Source: Hyaloraphidium curvatum SAG 235-1 (taxonomy: Eukaryota; Fungi; Monoblepharomycota). Taken from it: a stretch of 64,000 bases of DNA. Below are positions 1 to 11,989 of the stretch, piece after piece (the first letter of the stretch is position 1; the number at the start of each line of letters is the position of its first letter). Under the pieces are notes generated by a model, which saw only the letters and a list, made by a program, of their open reading frames with translations, made no database searches and had not been told where the DNA came from. Location: the NCBI GenBank assembly GCA_025558095.1, contig JAIVFI010000009.1, positions 558,001 to 622,000 on the forward strand, written 5' to 3'. A program made the position numbers and the translations under genes.

Positions 1-350
1 GAGAGCTGCGTGCGCCTTCCCGACACAAGCTCGAAGAATCGGATGATGCCTTCGTGCGTTGCGGCCAGAGTCTCGTCCAAGTCGATGGCCAGGGCAGGTT
101 TCGGCCGCGAGACCGGGAGGTTCCGAGGAACGGTTCCGCTGTCGTCGTCGACGGCGTTCCCATGGCTGCCGTGGTAGTGGCCCGCGAAAGAGTGCGGCAG
201 AAACACCGACGAGGGTTGCGCGGCTGCCGTCGCGGTCGCCATGCGGAGACTGCCTTGGCCCAGGGTGTGCGTGCGCAGGAACCAGCGACGATGGATCGCG
301 ACCTGCGAACCTGGCTGAGTGGCTCCGGGGATCGAACGCCTCGTCCGCAT
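1..350 (-). CDS. HAD-superfamily 5'(3')-deoxyribonucleotidase (NT5C/NT5M-like), 5' part only; runs off the left edge
   Basis: Not in the ORF track because no stop lies in the window. The minus strand from ATG 242 reads MATATAAAQ...KPALAIDLDETLAATHEGIIRFF, which contains HAD motif I (DxDxT). An upstream in-frame ATG at 350 adds an Arg-rich, acid-free 36-aa leader. Confidence 0.7.
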   Translation of the reverse strand, partial: MRTRRSIPGATQPGSQVAIHRRWFLRTHTLGQGSLRMATATAAAQPSSVFLPHSFAGHYHGSHGNAVDDDSGTVPRNLPVSRPKPALAIDLDETLAATHEGIIRFFELVSGRRTQL

Positions 351-747
351 ACAACCTACGCCCCGATCGAGGCATGGAATGCTTTGATTTGACGTAACCA
401 TCGGAAGAGAGGATGCGCAGTAATATAACGTTCTGATTGCCCTCGGTGGAGCTGGCCGTTCGATGGTGGAGACCAGATTGGAGAACCTCAACGTCTTGAT
501 CGCCAGCCTTACCGACCAGATCGCTGCGGGTGCAATGGAGCTGCAGTGCTTAAGAAGGCTCAGAACGGCTTTCTATCTTCGGAAGGGACGATACGGCCGC
601 GTGCCGCGCCGCCTATTCCCGCTCAGCTCCAGGAAGCAGACATCAAACAAAACAACAATCTGTCGAGCCGAACAGGATCCGCATCTGAGCCCACAGGGGC
701 ACTCGCCTTGACGACTGTGAAGGCCCGAGCGCGGGCGGTCTTTCGCG

Positions 748-3700
748 ATGATCCCCACGAGCGCGTCGACGGCCCGCGAGGTCGCCGCGGTCTTCTTTTC
801 GTTCTACTCGCACGAGGAACTCCGGAAGGTGTCTGTCAAGCAGATCACGAACCCGCAGATTTTCGACACTCTGGGCCACCCGATGCCCGGCGGCTTGTAC
901 GATGGCGCGCTGGGCCCGTTCGAACGGTCGGACACTTGCGCGACGTGCGGGCTGTCGTACTTTTCGTGCCCGGGGCACTTTGGGCACATCGAGCTCGTCG
1001 CGCCGTGCTTCAATCCGACGACTTTTGCCACGATGTACAGGCTGCTCAAGTCCAAGTGCCTGTACTGCCATCACTTCCGGACTTCGCGCGTCCTGGTGGG
1101 TTCAAGCCGTGACGCTCCGTTACCGAGTGACCGCTGACACCGGGCAGATCCATCACTTTGCCGCCAAGTACCGCCTCCTCCAAGCGGGACTATACCTGGA
1201 AGCCATTGAGCTGGATGATTTCATGGACAAAAAGACCCTGGCTCCGGGTGCCAAGGGTCTCGGCGGCGAGAAGGATCAGAAGCGCGGCAAGAACCGCGAC
1301 GAGGAAGAGGGCGGCGAGGAGGACGTTGCGGAAGCCGGCCCGCCACGGACGGCCGAGGAGATCATCCAGGCCATCGAAGGCTACGTCGAGGAGTGCCTCA
1401 CTCGTTCTGCGTCTGGCTTCAAGGGCAAGACGACGGCGTCCGCGGGGATGCTCCGGGCGCTGGAGAGGGACTTCTACCGGGCGGTCCCCCAGAACTGCCA
1501 GAACTGCCGCGCTTCCAACCCCGGATTCCGGAAGGAGGGTTACCTGAAGGTGTTCGAGAAGAAGGAGAGCGACAAGATGCGGAGGAAGAACGAGGGCAAA
1601 GGGCTCACCCGGACCAGCATCCTCGACTTTGTCAATGCTGCGACCAAGGAGCAGCAGGCCGCGAAAGCTGTCCTTGCTACGGAAGGGGCTGGCACTTCGG
1701 AAGCTTCGCCTTCGGCTCTGGTGGACGACGAAGCGGAGGAAAGCTCCGAAGCCGAGGAGGATGACGAGATGATGGACCAGGATTCGGAGGACGAGGACAT
1801 GGAGAGCACCAGCGAGGCGCCCGCGCGGGCAACGGTCTCGAAAGTGGGACGGCGGGCAGAGGCAGAAGCCGCAGAATCTGGCGCTCTCGTGGATGCGGCG
1901 CAGACGGCCCGCAAACCGACCGGAGACCGCTACCTGACGCCGCTCGAGATCAAGGCGCACATGGAGCTGCTTTGGTCCAAGGAGACCATGATCCTGGACC
2001 TCGTGTTTGGGCACACCGACCCGCGGACGCTGGAAAAGAAGTCGGACCCGAGCATATTTTTCTTCGAGCTCATCCCCGTCGCGCCGACCAAGTTTCGGCC
2101 GGCCTCCAAGATGGGCGACCAGACGTACGACCATCCGCAGAACACGAACCTGACCAAGATCCTCAAAGCAAACGTGCTCCTGGCGGATCTCCGCGCGCAG
2201 AACGCCCCTGGCGACCGGATGCTGCGGACATGGATGGATCTCCAGGGCGAGATCAACGCCCTTTTTGATACCTCCAAGGCCGGTGATAAGGCCAAGAACT
2301 CTCCGCCGGGGATTCGGCAGATCCTGGAGAAGAAGGAGGGCCTCTTCAGGAAGCACATGATGGGCAAGCGCGTCAACTACGCTGCGCGGTCGGTCATCTC
2401 CCCGGACGTGATGGTCGAGGGCAACGAGATCGGGATTCCGCCCTACTTTGCCACGCGCCTCACGTATCCTTCCCCCGTGACCCCGCACAACGTGCACATT
2501 CTCCGCCAGGCGGTCATCAACGGCCCGAAGAAGTGGCCAGGGGCTACCCACATCCAGCAGGAGGATGGAAACCTGGTATCGCTCGCGTATTTGGACGAAG
2601 TGGCCCGAACAGCGTTGGCCAACAGCCTCCTCACCTCCCCGCACACTGCCTTCAACTCTCCCTATGCCAATGTGCCCAAAGTGGTTCACCGCCACCTCGT
2701 CAATGGCGATTTCCTGCTCCTGAACCGGCAGCCGACGCTTCACAAACCGAGCATCATGTGCCACACAGCTCGGATTCTGAAGGGCGAGAAGACGCTGCGA
2801 ATGCACTACGCCAAGTGAGTAGCGCGGTTTCATGAGGTGCGAAAAGTTCGTGACATGGTACGCCGGCTCAGCTGCAACACGTATAACGCCGACTTTGACG
2901 GCGACGAGATGAACGTCCATTTTCCCCAGAACGAGGTTGCCCGTGCGGAGGCCATGCTGATCGCCCGGAACGATCTGCAGTACCTCGTGCCGACATCCGG
3001 CGGCGTTCTCCGGGGATTGATTCAGGACCACGTCGATGCTGGCGTGCACATGTGCGACAAACGGACGCTCTTCACCAAAGACGAGGTGATGCAGCTCGTC
3101 TATGCCGCACTGAGGCCGGAGGGGGGAGTCGGTCACGGCGGAGTTGGGGACGGGAACGTCGAGGAGGAGGTGCAGATCGGACGCCGCGGGAGGATCATTA
3201 TGATTCCACCGGCAATCATCAAGCCCGTCTTGCGCTGGACTGGGAAGCAAGTGGTGAGTGCCGGATTGTGTGATCCACTTCCCAGGCGTGACGGACGGCC
3301 ACGCAGATTTCGATCGTCCTCCTGAACATCACGGCCACGCACAAGCCCCTGAACCTCGTTTCCAAGGCCCGTGTTTCCGCAAAGTACTGGCATGGGGCTC
3401 CCGAAGAGGAGCGGGTCGAGTTCATGGACGGCGAACTCCTCACCGGTGTCCTGGACAAGAACCAGTTTGGCGCTTCTGCGGATGGTGTTGTCCACGCCGT
3501 CTACGAGGTCTACGGGGCGCGCTACGCTGGGAAGCTTCTTACGGTGCTCGGGCGTCTGTTCACGACTTATCTCCAGCACCGGGGCTTCACCTGCGGTATC
3601 GACGATCTTCGGCTGACTGGTGATGGGGACAAGAAGCGGCGATCGATCCTTTCGCAGGCTCCGGAACGCGGTCGCGAGGCGGCTCTGGAATTTGCTCGTA

Positions 3701-6452
3701 TCTCCGTCGGTCGGGGTCAGCCGGTGGACAAGTCGGAGCTCCGGGACGTTTTGGAGAAGGCGCTACGCTCGGACGATCAGATGAAGGCCCTCGATTCGGC
3801 CTTCAAGAGCGCCATGAACAAACTGACGACGGAGGCCATCGGAGCCTGCATGCCAAACTACCTCGACAAGCTGTTCCCCGAGAACGGGATGCAGCTGATG
3901 ACTGTCGCCGGCGCAAAGGGCTCCGCGGTCAACACGTCGCAGATCACGGTTTGCCTCGGCCAGCAGGAGCTGGAGGGCCGGCGTGTGCCGACCATGGTCA
4001 GCGGGAAAACGCTGCCGAGTTTCAGGCCGTTCGAGACGAATCCGATCGCGGGTGGCTACGTCGCCGGCCGCTTCCTCACGGGGATCAGGCCGCAGGAATA
4101 CTACTTCCACTGCATGGCGGGCCGCGAGGGCTTGATCGATACCGCTGTCAAGACCTCGCGGTCGGGGTACCTGCAACGATGCCTGATCAAGCATTTGGAA
4201 GGACTGAAGGTCCACTACGACTCCACCGTGCGCGACGCGGACGGATCCGTCGTTCAGTTCTACTACGGAGAGGATTCCCTCGACGTCATGAAGCAGAAGT
4301 CGCTCACCAACTTCAAGCTTTGGGCGATGAACTACGGCGAGATTGTGGACAAGGTCAAACCCGCAGAGATCGTCAAAGGCGGACGGGTGAACACTTCCCC
4401 TGAGATCGAGGCTCAGATGAAGGAGGCGGTGAGGTCGCCGGACGCGCCGACGACCATGAGCATCTACTCGCCGAGCAAGCACCTCGGATCGACGAGCGAG
4501 CGGTTTGCAAAGGAGCTTGACGACGTAAGTCTTTCACGGAAAAGGCTCTGCTTGCAGTTCGTGACGACCTCGCTTCCAGTACATCAAGAAAGATCCCGAC
4601 GGACTCCTCGGCAAGTCGGATGACAAGGCCAAGAAGAAGTCGAGGAGCAATCTCAACGGACGCAAGTTCCGCAGCCTGATGCAGCTCAAGTACTTGCTTT
4701 CGCTCGTTGATCCCGGCGAGGCTGTCGGAGTGCTCGCTGGGCAGGGTGTCGGCGAACCCAGCACGCAGATGACGCTCAACACCTTCCACTTTGCTGGCTT
4801 CGGAGCTGCCAACGTCACACTGGGCATCCCGCGTCTCCGGGAGCTGCTCATGACGGCGTCTACGAGGATCAAGACCCCGCTCATGACGCTGCCCCTTCTT
4901 CCCCACGTCACGGAGCAGGAGAAGCTTGAGCTCTGCAGCCAGCTTTCCCGGCTTGTGCTTTCGCAAATCACAAAGTCGGTCGAGGTCCAGGAGAGGATCT
5001 CCAAATCGTCGACGGGAGCACGCCTGAAGACCAACGTCGTCCGGATCCAGTTCTGGAGCGAGGAGGAATACGGCGACGAGTTTGGCCTGACCAAAGCGCA
5101 GCTGGAAGCAGTTTTGGAAAAGCGCTTTGTGCAGCATCTCTACCGCGCAATCGACCGCGAGTTCAAGAAGTTCGGCGTCAAGGTTTCCAAATCCAAGGAC
5201 GCGGACGACGGCGAGATCGGCAAGCCGCAGAAACGGATGGGTGACGGAATAGCCCCTGCTCGTCGTGCCGGTGGCGACGACGACGACGAACGCGCTGCCG
5301 GACCCGAACGAGACGAGGATGACGGCGCCGGTGCCCGCGCACAGGAACCCGACAGCGACGAAGATGACGACGAGGGCGACGATCGGGAAGAGGACGAGGA
5401 AGCCAACGAGGTGTACGGCACGCCGAGTGCCGCGCGGGGCGGAAGCAAGGCCACGTACGATGCGCCCGACGAGGACGAGGAGGAGCTCATCCGCGCAGCC
5501 CGGCGCGAAGCCGGGGACCTCGGGGACGACGACGAGGACCTGGAGAGCGGGACGAACCCGTCCCAGCGCCATGCCACGGGGTCCGGGGACGGCGAGTCGT
5601 TGGCGGAGGACCAGGAAGAGGAGGAGCGGGATCACAAGGGTCGCACCGCGGAAGAGCGGGTGCTCGCTTCCACCAAGCACATTTCGCGGTACCTATTCGA
5701 CCGGAGGGGCGGCAGCTGGGTGGAGGTGCACCTTTCTTTCGACTCGGATGCCCACAAGCTGCTCATGCTTGGCTTGGTGGAGAGCGTGCTCGGCAAGGTC
5801 GTCATCCAAGAGATCCCCGGCATCTCCAAGGTCTTCCCGGTGGACGACAATGGCGGCAAGGACGGTGTGCAGAAGCTCACGGTGGAGGGCGTTAACCTGC
5901 ACGGCATCTGGGACCACCCGGACTCGATCGACGTCGATCGGATATACACCAACGACATCGGCGCCGTGCTGAGGACGTACGGCGTCGAGGCTGCGCGGGC
6001 GGCCATCATCTCCGAGATGGCGCAGGTGTTTGGTGTCTACGGCATCGCCGTCGACCGTCGGCACCTCAGCCTCATCGCGGACTACATGGTAGGGCCACTT
6101 TTGGATGGTTCGCGAATGCACTAGCTGACGTCGCCCTTCTTTGCAGACTTTCGCCGGCGGCTACAAACCGTTCAACCGAATGGGCATGATGTCCAACCCG
6201 GCACCCTTCGCGCAGATGAGCTACGAAACCACGATGCAGTTCCTCACCGCCGCATCGCTTTCCGGGGACTATGATGGCCTGTCGAACCCGTCTTCGCGGC
6301 TGGTCATGGGGCAGGTGGTGAAGGGCGGCACGGGTGCGTTCGAGATCCTCTCCAAGGTTGGGGACTTTAGGGCCGAGGTGGAGGCGAAGAAGTCCCCGCG
6401 GAAGCCGCTGTTTGGCGCGCTGAGGGAACGGGCGGTTGAGATCGTTGGTTGA
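748..6452 (+). CDS. RPA190: DNA-directed RNA polymerase I largest subunit
   Basis: Zn motif CATC...CPGHFGHIEL, KEGLFRKHMMGKRVNYAARSVISPD, NRQPTLH, catalytic NADFDGDEMN, TSRSGYLQRCLIK, TQMTLNTFHFAG. Introns 1096-1147, 2815-2871, 3254-3306, 4525-4579 and 6089-6146 join the fragments in frame. Confidence 0.97.
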
Positions 6453-6546
6453 TGCGATACCTCGATACCATAGAAATGTACACTCTGTCCTCAATGCTCC
6501 GTTGCCATGCTCGAGACACATTTCCAACAACGAAAGCCAAAGCAGT

Positions 6547-7692
6547 TTACTTCTTGTCTGCACCAGGTTCACCGATGCTGTCCAAGGACACCCGGTAAAG
6601 CGTCCCGTCCCCGCCGTCGTCTTCACCGTCCTTGAAGCCCGCAAAGACGTTCACGTACTCCTGCTTCGCCTTCCTCTCCTTCGGCGGGGGCGGGAGCGAT
6701 GCGGTCTCCATGCTAGGTCGCAGGGTGTCGACCGAATCGTCCACCTCCTCCTCCTCGTGCTGGATGAGCCCGACCCGCCCCAGATCGTTGGCGTCGTCGG
6801 CCAGGGGCCTGAACGAATACGGATCGCGCACGTCCGTGGACGGCCGTCCGGCGTCGGCGAATATGTTTGCGAATCCGGCGCCGAGACCGCCGTTCTTCTT
6901 GCTCGACTTGGTGGACGAGTAAGACGCCTTGGGGGAGAGAGACTCGAAGCGCGTCTTCTTGACGCTGCGCGCACCGGGCTCGCAGAACCGCGAGCAGAAG
7001 AAAAGGATGGGAAGGGATATCATGACCACGATGAAAAGAACGATGGCCGCTGGGAAAAGGAACGGGGTCAGCGAGCGTCGAGGCATGCTAGGGCGAGACT
7101 CACTGATGTACAGGGCGCGCGACGCCTTGGGCGGCGGGGGAGGGCTCACTGTCACGACGATCTTCGTTTCCCCATTGGCCGTGGCAACGGTGATGTTCTG
7201 CGTCGCCACGGGCGGGGCATCGTCGTCATCGGCAGGCTGGGGAGCGGGAGACGGGGTCGGGGCAGCGCTCGGCGAGGGACTCCCCGAAACCGGCGAAGCG
7301 GCGGGCATGTCATCGGACGTCGAGGTCGACTCCGACGGGTTGGGCGACGCATCGCCGTCGCCGCCGTCCGCGGCATCGGGCGTGCCGTCCTGCTGGTCCG
7401 CGTCCGAATCATCGTCCGCCGCGTCCGCGTCGTCGTCGTCCGCGTCGTCCGGGTCGTTGTCGTCCTGCGGCGCGCTGATCGACGCCACCTTGTCGAGGAT
7501 CTCGTCGAAGATGTCGGCGAGCGAGTCGCGTCGCGCGAGGCCGCGGGGGGAGCGCGGGGCCGCCGCGGGCAGCGCGGACGCCGGCGCGGCGCAGAGAGCC
7601 GCGAGCAACGCCATCGTGATGCACAGCGCCGCAAACAGGCGCCGCCGCGCCATCGCGGCGGGCGGAAAGGGAGATTTACGAGGGCGTTCCAT
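6547..7692 (-). CDS. Type I single-pass membrane protein: signal peptide, Asp/Ser/Pro-rich ectodomain, TM, cytoplasmic tail (cell-surface-sensor-like architecture)
   Basis: Signal-like RRLFAALCITMALLAALCAAPASA; low-complexity D/S/P/T stretch; TM AIVLFIVVMISLPILFFC. 54-nt intron at 7050-7103. Start is ATG 7692 or 7653. Confidence 0.7.
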   Translation of the reverse strand: MERPRKSPFPPAAMARRRLFAALCITMALLAALCAAPASALPAAAPRSPRGLARRDSLADIFDEILDKVASISAPQDDNDPDDADDDDADAADDDSDADQQDGTPDAADGGDGDASPNPSESTSTSDDMPAASPVSGSPSPSAAPTPSPAPQPADDDDAPPVATQNITVATANGETKIVVTVSPPPPPKASRALYISESRPSMPRRSLTPFLFPAAIVLFIVVMISLPILFFCSRFCEPGARSVKKTRFESLSPKASYSSTKSSKKNGGLGAGFANIFADAGRPSTDVRDPYSFRPLADDANDLGRVGLIQHEEEEVDDSVDTLRPSMETASLPPPPKERKAKQEYVNVFAGFKDGEDDGGDGTLYRVSLDSIGEPGADKK

Positions 7693-7759
7693 TGACGGGT
7701 CCTCGCAGAGGGCGGCTTGACTTCGCGTGCATGCTGCGGTCCAACCGGCGATCAGATGG

Positions 7760-8882
7760 ATGAGCACGTCCAAACACGCGGCCGAGGAGAGCGATGAGGG
7801 CCCGATACGCGTCCAGAATGAGCTCTCGAAGCTTCCTCCGGAGGTCTTCGAGCAGCGTTATGTGCACAGCGTCTACAACGACATCGCGGGGCACTTTTCC
7901 GACACGCGCTACAAGGTTGGAATCACAGCACGCTACGAGAGCGTTCCGTCTCATCAGTGATTGTGCTGGGATCACACATCGGCCTGTTGTCGCGTCTTGA
8001 AGCCCTGGCCGGCGGTCGAAAGCTTCCTGAATGGACAACTGCCCGGCTCCATTGGCGTCGACGTCGGCTGCGGCAACGGCAAATACCTCGGCGTCAACAA
8101 GGAGAACGTGATGAACATTGGTTGCGATAGGTAGCTGTTTTTGGACAGCATTCCATTCATCGCTGACCCCTCGCAGGAGCGACGAGCTCGTTCGGATATG
8201 CCGCCAGCGGGGACACGAAGCGTTCGTCGCCGATGGCCTGTCTGTGCCGATCCGGTCGCGATCGATGGTGTGTTCGCTTGCCTTACGTTTCTGCTACGGA
8301 TGTTTGAAATGTCGACGCCAGGACTTTGCGATTTCGATTGCAGTGGTTCACCACTTCGCCACGCCCGAACGACGGCTCGCCGCGGTTCAGGTGAGTTCTC
8401 GAGGTTACATTTCACCTTACGTCCGCTCGATTGACGCTGATTCTCCGTCAGGAATGTCTCCGCGTGGTGAAGGATGATGGAACGGTCTTCATCCAGGTCT
8501 GGGCCTTGGAGCAGCAGGTACGGGCTCTTCGACCACTGCTCGACCCAAAATGTAACCTCATGCGCTGGTGCAGGGCAAGAGGTCGTTCTCGGAGCAGGAC
8601 AACTTTGTCAGCTGGAGCCTGCCTGCCTCCAAGTATCGGCCTCAATCGGCTGAAGGGAGCGGGACCAATGAAGCACCGGGCGGAAGAAACCTCACGTTCC
8701 AACGGTTTGTGCCCTTCGATAGCTTCTTCGTCGGCCTGCTCAACGTCGGCCGCACCAGGTTCTACCATCTCTTTGCCAAGGGCGAGCTGGACGAGCTCGT
8801 GGAGGCGTGCGGAGGCCGGATCCTGGAGTCCGGGTACGAGAAGGACAACCACTACGTGGTTTGCAGGCCTGCGCTACAGTAG
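7760..8882 (+). CDS. TRM9: tRNA (carboxymethyluridine-34)-O-methyltransferase
   Basis: [23 protein letters not shown]|PWPAV, SAM motif [43 protein letters not shown]; about 6 introns. Confidence 0.9.
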
Positions 8883-9479
8883 ATCTGCCTTGGCGACCTC
8901 GATCTCCATCATGCACGAGTTGATCTCGTCCATCAACCCCCGCAGGTCCGCTTCCAGGGCCGCGACCTCCCTCCCGTAGTCCACCTCGCCGAGAAGAGTC
9001 TCTGCCTTCATCTGCTGAAGCTGGGACGTCTTCTTGAGTTTGTCCAGCTCGAGCTCCTGCAACCGGCCGATGCTGGCCGCGACGTCGGGCAAAGACGGTT
9101 CGAGCTTGGCCCGGAGCTCGTCGATCCCCACTTTGCTGCTCCGAAAGACCTGCGTCACGCGTGCCAAAGACGCGTGGTACGCCCCGGCGTCCTTCCCGGC
9201 CACGAAAGTCACGAAGGCCGCGTCAAGATCCTTGAACGCGCGGACGCGGTCCATTTGCAGGTCCGACACCGTGAGCAGGAGTTCGAGCAGAGGATTTGTT
9301 GTGGAGACCGGCACGCGACGCGGCGCCGAGAGGTTCTCGACGGGCAGCGGATCGGGTTTCACGGGGTCCCGGAACTCCTCCTCCTCCTCGCTATCCGGCG
9401 ACATCCCGCCGTGGTCGTGGTCATGAGAATGATCGTGTCCACCGGGACCATGATGATGCGAATGCTCTCTGCGGCTCAT
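8874..9479 (-). CDS. REX1BD: REX1-B domain protein (DNA-repair 'required for excision 1-B' family) with His-rich N-terminus
   Basis: Pattern LQMDRVRAFKDLDAAF...YHASLARVTQVFRSS...IGRLQELELDKLKKT matches REX1-B; intronless, 201 aa. Confidence 0.75.
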   Translation of the reverse strand: MSRREHSHHHGPGGHDHSHDHDHGGMSPDSEEEEEFRDPVKPDPLPVENLSAPRRVPVSTTNPLLELLLTVSDLQMDRVRAFKDLDAAFVTFVAGKDAGAYHASLARVTQVFRSSKVGIDELRAKLEPSLPDVAASIGRLQELELDKLKKTSQLQQMKAETLLGEVDYGREVAALEADLRGLMDEINSCMMEIEVAKADLL

Positions 9480-9583
9480 CGTTCGAGACGTGCGCAGCGC
9501 GAGACAGAAGTTCTGATATTAATAACACGCGGCGGCGTCGCGGAGCGGAGGAGGCGGCCGGTGGAAGGTGGCCCCATTACCTT

Positions 9584-10634
9584 CTATTTCGAATAAGTAG
9601 ATCTCCACTCGGCAAAGACATCCGATTTCGCCTTCAGGTCCTCCTTGACCCGCTGGATATCGACGACGTTCCAGGTCGCATTAATCGGTGTGACGCTGAC
9701 CTTTCTCGCCTCGATCGCCCACGCGTCCGTGCCCTCCTCGGGCTCCAACCGATCGCCGAACGGGAATGCCGGGGCGAACCGGAACGATGTCACGGGAGAT
9801 TCGGGCCCGTCCACCGACTCGAAGGCCGTGAACGCCCGCACGGGCACGTAGAAGCCGCCGTGCATGATCCGATGAACGCGGGTCAAGCAAACCTCCGGGT
9901 CCGTCCGCGGGTTCGTCACGTGCACGATCGGAACGTTGACGTTGAACAGGTCAACGCCGGCGGGCCAGGAGTTCCACAGCTTCACGACAACGTCGATCGC
10001 AACCTCGCACGCCCGGACCACTTCCTCGTCCGTGTACCGCACGCCCTTGTAGAACGCGAAGCTGATTGCGATCGCCTTCTTCCCGCAAAGAACGCCGTCC
10101 AGCGTCCCGCCGATCGTGCCCGAACCGAACGTCAGATTGCTCACATTTCGGCCGTAGTTTGGTCCAGCCAAGACCAGATCAATCGCCGAAGGATCGTTCA
10201 GGTTGTGGAGGCCGATATTGACGCACGAGCTCGGCGTCCCATCGATAAGAGTCCACTGCTCCTTGACCATGTGCTCCCCATCGGAAGCCGACGCGCTCCT
10301 CGGGTCCGGAAACCAATGCTCGTAGTACGAGACCTCACATTCCTCGTTTATGAGGTACGATTTGCCGATCCAACTCCTCTGCGAGCTATAAAAACGCGTT
10401 CAGACATCATGGCTGCCGCAGTAAGACCGCGAAGCAAACTGACCTAGGAATGACAACGCTGAGCGACGTCTCGCTCCACGGCCCACGCGTCGTCTTCTCG
10501 CCGGGAACGGATTTCGGGAGCCGCAGGCCGAGCACCCGGTACAGAGTGCGGACGAAAGGCTCAATGAAGGGGCTGTGATCCGGGGAAGGCACACCGTCGT
10601 CGTTCGTGAGAAGGATCCCGCGCGGCGGGGCCAT
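9584..10634 (-). CDS. surE: SurE-family 5'/3'-nucleotidase (stand-alone)
   Basis: ILLTNDDG, QRSWIGK, DGTPSSCV, DLVLAGPNYGRN, SGTIGG, NVNVP, EGTDAWAI..VSVTPI; two introns within about 10280-10445. Confidence 0.88.
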
Positions 10635-10764
10635 CGCGTTGACGTGCGTATGCGTTGCAGACGCGATCGGACATGGGAAGTCGATCTCCAGGCGCGCGCT
10701 TGAGGTCGTTGTCTCCCAAACATACGAAGGCGACCAGGCCCCCGTAACCCTCTCCTTCGCGGCA

Positions 10765-11881
10765 ATGCCACTCGTGCACGCGCAATAGTAAGGAGCCCTC
10801 GCCATTCTTCCTCTTCAGGGTCTGATTGCGCTTCAGCCTGCCGCACGGCAACATCATCTTGGATCCAAGCGGCTATTATCCTCAGTTGAAGCCGGACACG
10901 CAGACATGCCACGATGCGATGCTCGAAGCCTGCCGCGCGGCCAAAGCCACCAACCCGGACCTCATTGTCCTGACTTTCCCGCACGGCATCACGTGTGACG
11001 ACGAGTTCACCATCTACGTGGGTTCTGCTGCCTGCAGGCCGCCGCACGCTTTTTGATGCCGCGCGGAACCATCGGAAACAGGCGAACAATGATTATGCCT
11101 CGGGCAACGGCGAGTGGCTCGGCGAATGGAAGGAGTTCGGAGTCAAAGTTACGATCGACAAGAAGGCGACGAATGCGGTCAGCAAGACGTGCAACGCCAA
11201 GGGCCTCCGCATGGCCAGGCTAACGACCAACGGAGCCGGCCCCACCGTCGATGCCGTTCTCAGATGGAGCGAAGTCGTGCCGATCTGGTTCCTGGAAAAG
11301 GTCTTCGAGGGAAAGGTTCCTTACGTGCTCATTCAGAACCCCGAGAGCGCGTCGTGGTGAGCCGTAAATGCCGCAAGGTCGTACTGTCACCCATGCGCTC
11401 CCACCCCAGGATGGATCCGGCGGGGAAGAAGACGGAGCTTCGGGCATTCGGCGACATCTTTTACGACATGTGCAAGCCCGGCGGTCCCCTTGCCGATCGC
11501 CGCATTTTCCTCGCCGTGTCGGGAGACCAAAGCCACGTCCTCGATCACCCGCACAAGGACCTCAAGCTCGGCCTCGGCTACAAGGCTATACCGTACGGCG
11601 TTCACCCTGCCGGTCCCGCTTTCGACACTGCGGTCCGCAAGTGGTGCACGTCGCTCGATCCTGCGGACTTCGAAGCCGCGTACCCGCACATGAAAGAGGC
11701 CAAGACGTGCGGAGCTGCCGGTCTGACCACGCTGGCGCGGATCGTGGAGCGTCTCAAAGCTGACGGCGTTGAGGTCACCGGGAAGGTGCTTGCGGAGATC
11801 GCCCCGACGTACTACGGCATGCTTGTTGCCACGTTTACTCTGGTAGGTTTCGATTTCGACGCGCACTGGATTGGCAAGTGA
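10765..11881 (+). CDS. LigB/Memo-fold (class III extradiol dioxygenase subunit B-like) protein
   Basis: Spliced MPLVHAQY-LPHG (intron 10788-10836), PDLIVLTFPHG, WSEVVPIWFL, VSGDQSH, FDTAV, CG, APTYYGMLVA; two further introns near 11020-11080 and 11357-11410. Confidence 0.8.
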
Positions 11882-11989
11882 CGCGGTTTTCTTTCCTTTC
11901 CACCCACAAGTCTGGTGCCGGATCACAGCTTTGAACATTCCCCAAGATCTAGTAATTGTAGTGCAATCAACATTCCTTGGCACAGATCC

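Noticed and set aside
463-711. 82-aa ORF upstream of RPA190
   Set aside because: No recognisable motif; it sits in the divergent promoter/UTR region, and I cannot support it as a gene.
1190-3250. 686-aa minus-strand ORF, and other long antisense/shadow ORFs (e.g. 4373-5680, 29921-31432, 42192-43541)
   Set aside because: They lie antisense to well-supported genes and have no motifs; such frames are expected with GC3-rich codon usage.
10765-10790. Apparent premature TAG/TAA after MPLVHAQ (pseudogene or read-through?)
   Set aside because: Resolved by intron 10788-10836 (TA|C = Tyr).
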